A stretch of 64,000 nt of DNA, taken from NCBI GenBank assembly GCA_965208575.1, contig CBDBOV010000003.1:448001-512000 (forward strand), given 5' to 3'. The stretch is from Spirochaetia bacterium (GTDB lineage: Bacteria > Spirochaetota > Spirochaetia > SZUA-6 > Bin103). Of this stretch, positions 50,060-60,268 are shown piece by piece (position 1 is the stretch's first letter; each line of letters begins with the position of its first letter). The notes beneath the pieces were generated by a model. That model was not told where the DNA came from. It searched no databases and worked only from the letters and a program-made list of their open reading frames with translations. Position numbers and translations under genes: made by a program.

Positions 50060-50185
50060 TTCTGTTCCGCCGGCTCGAACGCGAACGACCGCCACTCTTC
50101 GGCCAGTTCCCGGGACAGTACCTGCTCCAACACCACGTGACCGCGTTCGAGGAAGTGCTGCACCTGCTCGCCGGTCAACTCACTA
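50060..50185 (-). pseudogene. N-terminal remnant of a PhyH-like gene
   Basis: SELTGEQVQHFLERGHVVLEQVLSRELAEEWR resembles a typical PhyH N-terminus; no body follows. Confidence 0.55.
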
Positions 50186-50327
50186 CAGGGTCTCCGCGCC
50201 ATCGGGTGCCATGATGCGGCCAATCTGCGCCGATTCGCAAGATACCACCGCGGTTCCGCCGCGTCTGACTCCGTTGCCGCCGGCGCTCGCTTGCCGAGAG
50301 CGCGCTGATCTGGTTCAGTGCCTACCC

Positions 50328-51098
50328 ATGCAAGGAATTGGCAAGACGATCATCGAACGCAACATCGTGCTCGACAAGCTGCGCGGCGGCGAGCCGAGCG
50401 TGGGGACCTGGATCAGCCTCGGGACGCCGGTCTCGGCGGAGCTGCAGGCGCAGGTGGGCTGGGACTGGCTGCTGGTCGACGCGGAGCACAGTCCGGTCGG
50501 CTTCGACGCCATGGTGAACTGTTTCCGCGCCGCGCAACTGGGCGGCTGCGCGCCGTTCGCCCGCGTGCCCTGGAATGACACCATCTGGATTCAGCGCGCC
50601 CTCGACGCGGGTGCGATGGGGCTGCTGGTGCCGATGGTGAGTACCAAACAGGACGCCGAGTTCGCCGTGAGCAACACCGTGTACGCGCCGGGGGGGCAGC
50701 GCAGCTTCGGCGGCAGCCGCCTGGCCGCCTACACCGGCAGCGACTACCGCCAGTGGGTGCAGGACAACCTGGTGGTGGCGGTGCAGATCGAGACCGCCGA
50801 GGCGGTGGAGAACCTGGCGGAGATCGTGGCGGTGCCGGGCATCGACGCCTGCTACATCGGCACCTCCGACCTGATGCTGTCGCTCGGCCTCAGCGAGATG
50901 GGTGCGGAGCACGAGAAGGTCGTGCAACAGGTGCTGGCGACCTGCCGCGCCGCCGGCATGCCGTGCGGCGCGTGGTGCAACACCGGCGCCGAGGTGGCGC
51001 GCCGCATCGCGGAGGGCTTCCAGTTCCTGAACTGCGGCGGCGACGCCGGCCACATGCGCGCCGGCGCGGCTGCCGACTTCGCCGCCATCGGGCTGTAG
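50328..51098 (+). CDS. HpcH/HpaI aldolase family protein
   Basis: DWLLVDAEHSP, ARVP, LDAGAMG, VQIET, YIGTSDL. Confidence 0.92.
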   Translation: MQGIGKTIIERNIVLDKLRGGEPSVGTWISLGTPVSAELQAQVGWDWLLVDAEHSPVGFDAMVNCFRAAQLGGCAPFARVPWNDTIWIQRALDAGAMGLLVPMVSTKQDAEFAVSNTVYAPGGQRSFGGSRLAAYTGSDYRQWVQDNLVVAVQIETAEAVENLAEIVAVPGIDACYIGTSDLMLSLGLSEMGAEHEKVVQQVLATCRAAGMPCGAWCNTGAEVARRIAEGFQFLNCGGDAGHMRAGAAADFAAIGL

Positions 51099-51109
51099 GA
51101 CAACACGTC

Positions 51110-51143
51110 GTAGCAGTCCGAGGTGAGACCCGGCTGTCGCACC
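51110..51143 (-). repeat. Dispersed hairpin element, copy B
   Basis: Reverse complement ggtGCGACagccgggtctcaCCTCGGaCTGCTAC. Confidence 0.45.
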
Positions 51144-51167
51144 GAGCGCGGTTCGGCAGCCGGGATG

Positions 51168-51201
51168 CGGCCGTTCGACTACGGCCGTTCGACTACGGCC
51201 G
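51168..51201. repeat. 14-bp tandem repeat (about 2.4 units)
   Basis: cggccgttcgacta cggccgttcgacta cggccg. Confidence 0.8.
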
Positions 51202-51427
51202 CTGTGTCGCCACGGGCTACTCCTTCGCAGCACGTCGCGGACCGCGCGGCAGCGCGCCGTGCGATCGCCGGGACGCCCGCCATGGCGTTGGCGCCGCTCA
51301 CGAAGCGAACGGCACCGAAGCCGCGGTCGTGCGAGCGGACGCTCATGACCGGCGTGGCTCGCGGCGCGGCCGGCGCGGCGCACCCGCGTTGTCGCGCACC
51401 GGCTGATTGCGATACCCTGGGGCACCC

Positions 51428-52834
51428 ATGTCGCAAGCTACGTTGTTCGACAAGATCTGGGATCTGCATACCGTCGGCACCCTGGAAACCGGCGAGACCC
51501 AGTTGTTCATCGGCCTGCACCTGATCCACGAGGTGACTTCGCCGCAGGCGTTTCAGATGCTGGAGGAGCGTGGTCTGCCGGTGCTGCACCCGGAGCGCAC
51601 CTTCGCCACGGTGGATCACATTGTGCCGACCGACCGCCAGGTGCGCCCGCTGAGCGACCCGATGGCGGAGGAGATGTACGAGGTGCTGGAGCGCAACGCC
51701 GCGCGCCACGGCATCGCCTTCTTCGGGCTGGACTCCGACTACCAGGGCATCGTGCACGTGATCGGCCCGGAGCTGGGGCTCACCCAGCCGGGCATGACCA
51801 TCGCGTGCGGCGACTCGCACACCTCCACCCACGGCGCCTTCGGCACCATCGCGTTCGGCATCGGCACCACGCAGGTGCGCGACGTGCTCGCCACCCAGAC
51901 GCTGGCGCAGACCAAGCCCAAGGTGCGCCGCATCAGGGTCGACGGCCAGCTCGGCCCCGGCGTGTACGCCAAGGACATCATCCTGTCGATCATTGCCACG
52001 CTCGGCGTGAAGGGCGGAATCGGCCACGCCTACGAGTTCGCCGGCACCGCCATCGAAGCGCTGTCGATGGACGAGCGCATGTCGATCTGCAACATGAGCA
52101 TCGAGGGCGGCGCACGCGTCGGCTACGTCAACCCAGACCGGACCACCGCCGACTACGTACGCGGACGCCCGTATGCACCCGACGCCGCGGCGTTCGACCG
52201 GGCGGAGGATTACTGGCGCTCGATCGCCAGCGGACCGGACGCCAGGTTCGACGACGAGGCGGTGCTGCGCGCCGAGGAGATCGAGCCGGTGGTCACCTGG
52301 GGCATCAACCCGGGCCAGTCGGTGGGCGTCTCCGACCGCCTGCCGCGCCTGAACGGCGTGGCCGCCGACGAGCGCGACACCGCCGCGGCCGCCTACCGGC
52401 ACATGGGGCTGAGCGAGAACGACCCGATCGCCGGCACCCCCATCGACGTGGCGTTCATCGGTTCCTGCACCAACAGCCGGATGTCCGACCTGCGCGAAGC
52501 GGCGCGCGTGGTGCGCGGCCAGCGGGTGGACAAGCGCGTGAAGGCGCTGGTGGTGCCCGGCTCCAAGCAGATCGCGCAACAGGCCGCCGCCGAGGGCCTG
52601 CCGGAGATCTTCACCGACGCCGGCTTCGAGTGGCGCGGCGCGGGCTGCTCGATGTGCCTGGCGATGAACTCCGACAAGCTGGTCGGCGACCAGGTGAGCG
52701 CGTCCTCGTCGAACCGCAACTTCATCGGGCGCCAGGGATCGGCCACCGGGCGCACCCTGCTGATGAGCCCGGCCATGGTCGCCGCCGCCGCCGTCAACGG
52801 CGCCGTCACCGACGTGCGCCAGTTGCTCACCTGA
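51428..52834 (+). CDS. leuC: 3-isopropylmalate dehydratase large subunit
   Basis: [38 protein letters not shown]. Confidence 0.97.
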   Translation: MSQATLFDKIWDLHTVGTLETGETQLFIGLHLIHEVTSPQAFQMLEERGLPVLHPERTFATVDHIVPTDRQVRPLSDPMAEEMYEVLERNAARHGIAFFGLDSDYQGIVHVIGPELGLTQPGMTIACGDSHTSTHGAFGTIAFGIGTTQVRDVLATQTLAQTKPKVRRIRVDGQLGPGVYAKDIILSIIATLGVKGGIGHAYEFAGTAIEALSMDERMSICNMSIEGGARVGYVNPDRTTADYVRGRPYAPDAAAFDRAEDYWRSIASGPDARFDDEAVLRAEEIEPVVTWGINPGQSVGVSDRLPRLNGVAADERDTAAAAYRHMGLSENDPIAGTPIDVAFIGSCTNSRMSDLREAARVVRGQRVDKRVKALVVPGSKQIAQQAAAEGLPEIFTDAGFEWRGAGCSMCLAMNSDKLVGDQVSASSSNRNFIGRQGSATGRTLLMSPAMVAAAAVNGAVTDVRQLLT

Positions 52835-52886
52835 CCCCGCTGGTTGGTGCATAGGGTGAATTCACCGGAAACACCGTGACCAAACG

Positions 52887-54005
52887 GTGTCCAGGAAGCT
52901 TGGTACGATGCCTGTCAAGCTGGATAATGTAACATTCGAGAGATTTCGTACGTTCCGTAAGCTGTGCGTTCGTGGTCTCGGACGCGTGAATCTGATTACC
53001 GGAAAGAACAACACCGGGAAATCCTCTTTTCTCGAAGGCATCCGCATCATCTCGACGGGGGGCGCCCTGGATGAGCTACAACGAATACTCGGGGATCGCG
53101 AGGAGTATGTCGTTGGTCCGGAAGTAGAGCAATCTGGGCGCCCTCAGTTTCAGTTCTCTGGTCTGTTTCACGGCTTTCCCGAAACCACTGAGACTCGCGA
53201 TCCGTTGGTCATTTCGACGGCTAGCGACATCCATCCGAACGAAGTCTCGATCCATGTCAGTTGGTTCTCCCGGAAGCCTGACGAGAAAGGGAATCTTCGC
53301 TTCGAAGAACACCGCCCAGATGACGCAGAGGGAGCGGCTTCGGTTGTGATTGCCACCCCGGAGGGCACCCGTATCCATGAAATAGAAAATCTCCGTTCAG
53401 GTTTTGCGCTGCGTCTTTCCGGTCCCCGGCGGAGTGGAATAGGATGCTTCTTTGTCGGTGCGAACAACGCTGAGAACACGGCTGATCTTGGGGTCATGTG
53501 GGATGGAATAGCGCTATCGGACAATGAACAGGAGGTAGTCGAGGCGCTGCGCATCATCGATCCTCGAATCTCCAAGATCACGATGGTTGGCGGCGACGGT
53601 TCGAACCGCCGGCGTACCGCATTTGTCCGCACCGAAGACGTTCTGCGCCCGATTCCTTTACGGCTGTTCGGCGACGGCATGAATCGCTTGTTCGCCATGA
53701 TTCTTGCACTCGTCAACGCTCGCGGCCGGTTCATGCTGGTCGACGAGTTCGAGAACGGGCTGCACTACACCGTTCAGCTCCATGCGTGGCGCACTATATT
53801 CCGATTGGCTGAGACACTCGACATTCAGGTCTTCGCTACTACCCACAGTTGGGACGCAGTTGACGCATTCCAGAAGGCCGCCGTTGAGAGTCCCAACACG
53901 GGTGTCCTGTTACGCCTGGCGCGCAGGGGCGGCGACATCGTGCCCACGGTGTTCGCCGCGAAAGAAGTCACGGTCGCCACTCGCGAGAGAATCGAGGTGC
54001 GCTGA
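52887..54005 (+). CDS. ABC/AAA_21-type ATPase, lower GC; start 52887 or 52908
   Basis: Walker A GKNNTGKS, signature FGDGM, Walker B LVDEFENGLH, TTHS. Confidence 0.9.
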   Translation: MSRKLGTMPVKLDNVTFERFRTFRKLCVRGLGRVNLITGKNNTGKSSFLEGIRIISTGGALDELQRILGDREEYVVGPEVEQSGRPQFQFSGLFHGFPETTETRDPLVISTASDIHPNEVSIHVSWFSRKPDEKGNLRFEEHRPDDAEGAASVVIATPEGTRIHEIENLRSGFALRLSGPRRSGIGCFFVGANNAENTADLGVMWDGIALSDNEQEVVEALRIIDPRISKITMVGGDGSNRRRTAFVRTEDVLRPIPLRLFGDGMNRLFAMILALVNARGRFMLVDEFENGLHYTVQLHAWRTIFRLAETLDIQVFATTHSWDAVDAFQKAAVESPNTGVLLRLARRGGDIVPTVFAAKEVTVATRERIEVR

Positions 54006-54006
54006 G

Positions 54007-54636
54007 TTGGGCCGCAACATACTGCTGGTAGAGGGGCCCAACGATGAACATGTCGTGAAGCATATATGCGGAAACCGCGATGTTCCGCGTCTCGACGATG
54101 TGAAGCCACTCGGCAATGTGGAGAGCCTCCTTGAGGCCGTTCCGGTACAGCTCAAAGCGGCAGACGAAGGCGATGTCGTGGGCGTTGTCCTGGATGCAGA
54201 CACCAATATCGATGCGCGTTGGCAGTCGATTTATCATGCGCTTGTGAGTGTCGGATACGACGCCGTGCCGGACCAGCCGGTAGCCGACGGGACGATTCTC
54301 GACGCTCCCGCGAGTGCGCATCTGCCCCGAGCGGGAGTGTGGATCATGCCGGACAATCGGACCAACGGGATCATGGAGGACTTCCTCCGATTCCTGGTAC
54401 CACTGCCGAGCAAGCTCTTCGACCATGTGCAGGACAGCGTGGCAAACATACCTCCCGCCGACCGGCGCTTCAGGGAGGTATCAGAACCGAAAGCAGTAAT
54501 CCACACCTGGCTTGCTTGGCAGAAGGAACCAGGAATGCCGCTCGGTGCGGCGATTAGTGCTCGCTTTCTCGACGCGAACGTCCGCCAAGTCGACGTCCTT
54601 GTGGCTTGGTTGATGCGGCTTTTCTTCGCTCGTTAG
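54007..54636 (+). CDS. DUF3226-like TOPRIM-fold protein; TTG start inferred
   Basis: LLVEGPND, VVLDAD, WIMPDN..G.MEDF, WLAWQKEPG. Confidence 0.82.
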   Translation: MGRNILLVEGPNDEHVVKHICGNRDVPRLDDVKPLGNVESLLEAVPVQLKAADEGDVVGVVLDADTNIDARWQSIYHALVSVGYDAVPDQPVADGTILDAPASAHLPRAGVWIMPDNRTNGIMEDFLRFLVPLPSKLFDHVQDSVANIPPADRRFREVSEPKAVIHTWLAWQKEPGMPLGAAISARFLDANVRQVDVLVAWLMRLFFAR

Positions 54637-54872
54637 CCCGTAACGGCCCGTGTGAATCGATGCCGATGTGCGAACGGAGCCGTTTTCTTGGCGCGCCCCG
54701 CCAATGACCGCCTTCGTGGTAGCAACGGCCACCGACCTCGCGGTGGTGCGGTGGAGCCGTTGCCGGCGGCTCGGGAGTCGGGATATGTTACGGCCCTGAT
54801 GTACCTGATGTACGCCTTTGTGTTGAACGTCCCGTCCCCGAGGCGGAGTCCTTCTATCGCCGAGAGTCGATC

Positions 54873-55484
54873 ATGAGCGATGCCATCCGCGCGGTCACCG
54901 TGGGCCGCGCCATTCCCTTGCCGGGAAATGACATAGACACCGACCGGATCATTCCGGCGCGGTACCTGAAGAGTATTACCTTCGACGGCCTCGGGGAGGC
55001 CGCGTTCATTGACGAGCGCGCCGCCGAGCGGGCCGCCGGCCGCACCCACCCGCTCGACGACGAGCGCTGGACCGGCGGCTCGATCCTGCTGGTGGGGCGC
55101 AACTTCGGCTGCGGCTCGTCGCGCGAGCACGCCCCGCAGGCGCTACAGCGGTTCGGCATCCGCGCCCTGGTGGGCGAGTCGTTCGCGGAGATTTTCTCCG
55201 GCAACTGCACCGTGCTGGGCATCCCGGCGGTGCGCGCCGCGGCCGCCGACATCGAGCGCCTGCAGGCGCTGGTGGAGCAGGATCCGTCCACCGAGGTGAC
55301 CGTCGACCTGGAGGCGCAGACGGTCACCGCCGGCTCGCTGCAGTGCCCGGCCACTCTGCCGGAGGGCGCCCGCCATGCGCTCGTGCGCGGCACATGGGAC
55401 TCCACCACCCTGCTGCTCGCAGGCCGCGACCAGATCGCCGCCACCGCGGGCAACCTTCCCTATCTGAACGCCTTTGCCGGGTGA
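54873..55484 (+). CDS. leuD: 3-isopropylmalate dehydratase small subunit
   Basis: DIDTDRIIPARYL, NFGCGSSREHAP, SFAEIF. Confidence 0.97.
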   Translation: MSDAIRAVTVGRAIPLPGNDIDTDRIIPARYLKSITFDGLGEAAFIDERAAERAAGRTHPLDDERWTGGSILLVGRNFGCGSSREHAPQALQRFGIRALVGESFAEIFSGNCTVLGIPAVRAAAADIERLQALVEQDPSTEVTVDLEAQTVTAGSLQCPATLPEGARHALVRGTWDSTTLLLAGRDQIAATAGNLPYLNAFAG

Positions 55485-55503
55485 CCGGCGCCAGGAGCAT
55501 TAC

Positions 55504-57180
55504 GTGAGCACACCGCTGAACAGCCGCAGCCGCAACATGACCGCCGGCGTCGAGCGCATGCCCAACCGCTCGATGCTGCGTGCCGTCGGCATGGACGATG
55601 CCGACTTCGACCGCGCCCTGGTCGGCATCGCCAGCGCCGGCTCCGAGGTGACGCCGTGCAACATGCACCTGGACGACCTCGCCGAGCAGGCCAAGACCGG
55701 CGTGCGCGCGGCCGGCGGCTTTCCGCTGCGTTACAACACCTTCGTGGTGACCGACGGCGAGGCGATGGGCCACGAGGGCATGAAGGCCTCGCTGGTGAGC
55801 CGCGACGCCATCGCCGATACCATCGAGCTGGTCACCATCGGCCACCAGTTCGACGCCATCATCGGCATCGGCGGCTGCGACAAGACCATTCCCGGCACCG
55901 TGATGCCGATGGCGCGCATGAACATCCCAAGCGTGTTCGTGTACGGCGGCACCATCCTGCCGGGCGTATACCGCGGGCGCGACGTGGACATCATTTCCGC
56001 GTTCGAGGCGGTGGGCGCATTCAGCGCCGGCAAGATCGACGAGGAGGAGCGCGCCGGCATCGAGCGCGCCGCCATCCCCTGCCAGGGCGCGTGCGGCGGC
56101 ATGTACACCGCCAACACCATGGCCTCGGCGGTGGAGGCGCTCGGCATGTCGCTGCCGGGCAATTCGTCGATCCCGGCGGTCGACCCGCGCAAGGATCAGG
56201 ACCTGCGCGCCGCCGGCGAAGCGGTAATCGAGTGCCTGCGGCGGGGCCTGAAGCCGCGCGACATCATGACCCGCGAAGCGTTCCTGAACGCCATCCGCAT
56301 CGTGATGGCGCTCGGCGGCTCCACCAACGCCGTGCTGCACCTGCTCGCCATCGCCCACGAGGCTGAGGTGGAGCTGACCATCGACGACTTCAACCCGATC
56401 GCCGAGAGCACGCCGACCCTGGCCGACCTCAAGCCCGCCGGCCGCTACGTGATGAAGGACCTCGACCAGGTGGGCGGGGTGCCGATGGTGATGCGCATGC
56501 TGCTCGACGCCGGCCTTCTGCACGGCGACTGCATCACGGTGACCGGGCGCACCATCGCCGAGAACCTGGCCGACGTCGAGGTGCATCTCGACGGGCAGGA
56601 CGTGGTGTACCCGGTGGAGCAGCCGCACAAGGAGAGCGGCGGCATCCTGGTGATCAAGGGCAACCTGGCGCCGGAGGGCGCGGTGCTGAAGTCGTCCGGG
56701 GTGACGGTGCGCCGCCACCGCGGCCCGGCGCGCGTGTTCGACGCCGAGGAGGGCGCCCTGCAGGCGATCCTCAAGGGGCAGGTGAACAAGGGCGACGTGC
56801 TGGTGATCCGCTACGAGGGGCCGCGCGGCGGTCCCGGCATGCGCGAGATGCTGGCCCTGACCTCCGCTATCGCCGGCGCCGGCCTGATCGCCGACGTGGC
56901 GCTGATCACCGATGGGCGCTTTTCCGGCGGCAGCCATGGCATCGTGGTGGGGCACATCGCCCCCGAGGCGCAGGCGAAAGGCCCGATCGCTGCTATCCAG
57001 GAGGGCGACATCATCGCCCTCGACCTGGAGCACAAGTCAATCGAGTTGGAGCTGTCCGACGACGAGATCCGCCGCCGGCTCGCCGCCCTCCCGGAACGGC
57101 CCATCCCCTACACCCGCGGCGCGCTCGCCAAGTACGCCCGCCTGGTCTCCTCCGCCAGCTACGGCGCCACCACCCACTGA
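55504..57180 (+). CDS. ilvD: Dihydroxy-acid dehydratase
   Basis: [44 protein letters not shown]. Confidence 0.97.
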   Translation: MSTPLNSRSRNMTAGVERMPNRSMLRAVGMDDADFDRALVGIASAGSEVTPCNMHLDDLAEQAKTGVRAAGGFPLRYNTFVVTDGEAMGHEGMKASLVSRDAIADTIELVTIGHQFDAIIGIGGCDKTIPGTVMPMARMNIPSVFVYGGTILPGVYRGRDVDIISAFEAVGAFSAGKIDEEERAGIERAAIPCQGACGGMYTANTMASAVEALGMSLPGNSSIPAVDPRKDQDLRAAGEAVIECLRRGLKPRDIMTREAFLNAIRIVMALGGSTNAVLHLLAIAHEAEVELTIDDFNPIAESTPTLADLKPAGRYVMKDLDQVGGVPMVMRMLLDAGLLHGDCITVTGRTIAENLADVEVHLDGQDVVYPVEQPHKESGGILVIKGNLAPEGAVLKSSGVTVRRHRGPARVFDAEEGALQAILKGQVNKGDVLVIRYEGPRGGPGMREMLALTSAIAGAGLIADVALITDGRFSGGSHGIVVGHIAPEAQAKGPIAAIQEGDIIALDLEHKSIELELSDDEIRRRLAALPERPIPYTRGALAKYARLVSSASYGATTH

Positions 57181-57196
57181 CGAGCCGCCATGTGCC

Positions 57197-58495
57197 ATGA
57201 TTGAGCAATTCGGACTGCGTGACGTTCGATGCTTTGAGGGAGAACAGAGGGCGGAATTGCGTCCAATCACGTTGCTCGTTGGCGAAAACAGTACAGGTAA
57301 AACGACGTTCCTTGGATGCTACAGCGTCTTGCATAGATTGATATCGAGACCACGCTTATTCGGTGAAGTTGTCGACTTCAATAGAGAGCCGTTTTCCATG
57401 GGTTCTTTCCGTGATATCGTACGAGCACGACGTGGCCGGGACGGCCGCATCGAGCAGTTTAAGCTAGCGTTCACAGTAGTTCCACTTCCTGGGTCTGGTC
57501 GGAAGCCATACCCTCTGGTGGCGACTTTTTCGGAATACGGTTCACAGCCTATCGTGGAATCGATCGATCTTCTGTTCCGGGATGATATATCTCTCAGTTT
57601 CCAGCGTGGCAGATCCGAGATGACTTGGCTGACAGTAGCAGATAAGCAAGTCGCGTTCGCCAATTCAATCGACGGTTGGATGTATCTTCTTGACTCTCTG
57701 TTGAACCCTAACGTTTCCGTGGGAGAGTCGGAGGATATGAAAGCGGTTGTCGACTCATTGTCTGATTTGCTAGTCGGCAAGGACGGTCTGGCAAGTGGGC
57801 GGCTCTGGCTTCCTGACATACCGGCGGTCGTATCGATAGCGCCGCTGCGGTCGAAGCCGAAGCGGACCTATGATCCTGTTCGGGAAGCTGCGTCTCCGGA
57901 TGGCGAGCACATCCCTATGTTGATGATGCGCCTGGACCGGACAGCAAAGGGCGACTGGAGTTCGCTGCATGATCACTTGACGGATTTTGGTCACGACTCC
58001 GGTTTGTTTTCCGACATCAAGGTTCGCGGCCACGGCAGGCAGATGAGCGATCCGTTCCAGTTACAGGTGAAGGTGCGATCAGGGTCGTACGCGAACATTA
58101 TGGATGTTGGTTACGGCGTTAGTCAGAGCTTGCCGATCCTCGTTGACGTCCGTCGAGCAAGTCGGCGCACTTTCCTCCTGCAGCAGCCGGAGGTACATCT
58201 GCATCCGCGCGCACAGGCCAGTCTTGCAGTCTTGTTTGCTGAGTCATGGAGAGTAAACAAGAACCGTTTCCTGATCGAAACCCACAGCGACTACATAGTT
58301 GATCGGATACGGATTCTGGTACGGAAAGGACACTTGAAGACGAACGATGTGGCGATCTTGTACTTTGAATCGAAGAAGAATTCCGTCGTTATTCACAATA
58401 TCACCTTGGACGGCGAAGGAAATCTGCAGAACGTACCGGATGGGTACCGAGACTTCTTCTTGAAAGAGACTGACCGATTGCTAGGATTCGCGTAG
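57197..58495 (+). CDS. ABC/AAA_21-type ATPase with DUF3696-like C-terminus, markedly lower GC
   Basis: GENSTGKT, DVGYGVSQSLPI, LLQQPEVHLHP, ETHS, PDGYRDFF. Confidence 0.9.
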   Translation: MIEQFGLRDVRCFEGEQRAELRPITLLVGENSTGKTTFLGCYSVLHRLISRPRLFGEVVDFNREPFSMGSFRDIVRARRGRDGRIEQFKLAFTVVPLPGSGRKPYPLVATFSEYGSQPIVESIDLLFRDDISLSFQRGRSEMTWLTVADKQVAFANSIDGWMYLLDSLLNPNVSVGESEDMKAVVDSLSDLLVGKDGLASGRLWLPDIPAVVSIAPLRSKPKRTYDPVREAASPDGEHIPMLMMRLDRTAKGDWSSLHDHLTDFGHDSGLFSDIKVRGHGRQMSDPFQLQVKVRSGSYANIMDVGYGVSQSLPILVDVRRASRRTFLLQQPEVHLHPRAQASLAVLFAESWRVNKNRFLIETHSDYIVDRIRILVRKGHLKTNDVAILYFESKKNSVVIHNITLDGEGNLQNVPDGYRDFFLKETDRLLGFA

Positions 58496-58513
58496 CTCAC
58501 TGGGTCAGATTCA

Positions 58514-58948
58514 ATGTGCATGATTGTGGATGCCAACCGGTTAGGGATTTTCCTCTCCGATCCAGTGCATGAAGACTCGATCCCGGTCCGCAGATGGGTC
58601 GATGCGCAAGGTGGCCGAATAGTGTATTCTACGGGAGGTAAATTCGCCCAGGAAGTCGTGGGCAAAGCGAGAGCCAAGCTTGAAGCCTATGCTCAGGCCG
58701 GCAAGGCTGTGCTCATATCACCCAAGCAATTCGAAGCAGACGCAACTGATCTAGCGCCGCGTATTCGTTCTGACGACCCACACGTGCTCGCGTTGGCTCG
58801 GGTGACGGGAGTGCGGCTTCTGTACACCGCAGATGGCGACCTGATCGACGACTTCAAGGACCGGAGTGTGATCAATCCGAAAGGGAGGGTATACTCGCGA
58901 GCCAGCAATGCCAACCTGCTGACGCGGTCAGTGTGCGCGAGACCGTGA
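58514..58948 (+). CDS. PIN-domain protein (putative ribonuclease)
   Basis: IVDAN, SDDPHVLALA, LLYTADGDL acidic PIN pattern. Confidence 0.8.
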   Translation: MCMIVDANRLGIFLSDPVHEDSIPVRRWVDAQGGRIVYSTGGKFAQEVVGKARAKLEAYAQAGKAVLISPKQFEADATDLAPRIRSDDPHVLALARVTGVRLLYTADGDLIDDFKDRSVINPKGRVYSRASNANLLTRSVCARP

Positions 58949-58975
58949 GGTCGGCGCAGCTCACGGACGGCGCGC

Positions 58976-60139
58976 TTACCAGTTGGTGAAGGCGCCGTCC
59001 TCGCGGGACAGGCGGGGCGGCCAGCCGCTCGGGGTCAGCGGCGAGGCGGCCGCTGCGTCGAGGTTCATGTCGACGCCGAGGCCGGGGGTGTCGTGGGCGA
59101 ACGCGAAGCCGTCCCGCCAGCCGATCTGCTGAGGGAACAACTCGCGCGCGAACGAACCGGGGCGGCGCGGCATCTCCTGTACGCCGACGTTGGTGGAGGC
59201 CATGCACAGCGCGACGCAGGCGGCGGCGCTGACCGGGCCGAGCGGATTGTGCGGGGCGATGTCGATGTAGTGGGTTTCCGCCGCGTGGGTGATCTTGAGC
59301 GCCTCGGTGAGGCCGCCGGCGATGCACAGGTCGATGCGCGCGTAGCTGATCAGCTCCTCTTCGATCACCTCCCGGAACGGCCACTTGGTGGCCCACTGCT
59401 CGCCGGCCGCGATCGGCAGCGACACGTGGCGGGCCAGGTTGCGGTAACTGGCGGGGTTCTCGGACCGGATCGGATCCTCGATAAAGAACGGGTGGTACTC
59501 CTCCAGCCACCGGCACATGCGGATCACGTGCGGCGGATCGAGCCGGGTGTGCACGTCCAGGCACAGCTCTATCTCCGGGCCCAACGCTTCGCGCAGTGCA
59601 CGGGTCTGTTCCACCGCCAGGGCCACCGACTTGTGCGGATCGAGCAGCGCGCCGCCGGATGCCTCCAGCACCCCCGAGGTCTCCGGCTGCCCCCAGCGCA
59701 CGAAGCGCCAGCCCTCGTCCACCTGGCGCCGGGCGTTGTCGACCAGCTCCTGCGTGCTCGCGCCCTGCGAATGCGGGTAGCACACCACCTTGTCGCGCAC
59801 CGGGCCGCCGAGCAGGCGGTACACCGGCATGCCGGCCGCCTTGCCCTTGATGTCCCACAGGGCGATGTCGATGGCGCTGATGGCGCAGGCGTACACCTTG
59901 TCCGCGGGGAAGAACCCGCCGCGGAACATCAGTTGCCACAGCCGCTCGGTCTGCCACGGGTCGGCGCCGACGACCAGCTCGCTCAGGTGCTCGACCGCCT
60001 CGGTGATGGCCCCCGCCCAGTTGCGGATGCCCGCTTCTCCGAGCCCATGGATGCCGGCGTCGGTGTCCACTCTGACGATGAAGTAGCCGCGCCCCTCGTC
60101 GTCCTGGACCGGAAAGCTCCTGACCTGCGTTACCTGCAT
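58976..60139 (-). CDS. Mandelate racemase / enolase superfamily acid-sugar dehydratase-like enzyme
   Basis: AISAIDIALWDIKGK, LDVH, FIEDP, AGE, HNPLGP, PGLG. Confidence 0.92.
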   Translation of the reverse strand: MQVTQVRSFPVQDDEGRGYFIVRVDTDAGIHGLGEAGIRNWAGAITEAVEHLSELVVGADPWQTERLWQLMFRGGFFPADKVYACAISAIDIALWDIKGKAAGMPVYRLLGGPVRDKVVCYPHSQGASTQELVDNARRQVDEGWRFVRWGQPETSGVLEASGGALLDPHKSVALAVEQTRALREALGPEIELCLDVHTRLDPPHVIRMCRWLEEYHPFFIEDPIRSENPASYRNLARHVSLPIAAGEQWATKWPFREVIEEELISYARIDLCIAGGLTEALKITHAAETHYIDIAPHNPLGPVSAAACVALCMASTNVGVQEMPRRPGSFARELFPQQIGWRDGFAFAHDTPGLGVDMNLDAAAASPLTPSGWPPRLSREDGAFTNW

Positions 60140-60268
60140 GCCGCGATGGTAGCGCACTCGGGCCGCACGGTGCACGCGGCGCTCAGGGAAGACGGGAAGG
60201 GCGTGAGTCGCGTGAGTCCATGGAGGTGGCGGACCTGTGGTATGCTGTGATGGAATGGAGGACAGCCC

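Noticed and set aside
51168-51201. Tandem repeat as a mini-CRISPR or leu attenuator
   Set aside because: No spacers, no cas genes, no Leu-rich leader peptide or T-box motif seen
54632-54800. Integron attC site or IS end after the DUF3226 gene (gttagcc; gcccgtaac...gttacggcc)
   Set aside because: No proper R/L box arrangement, no integrase or transposase, and the inverted repeat is short and imperfect
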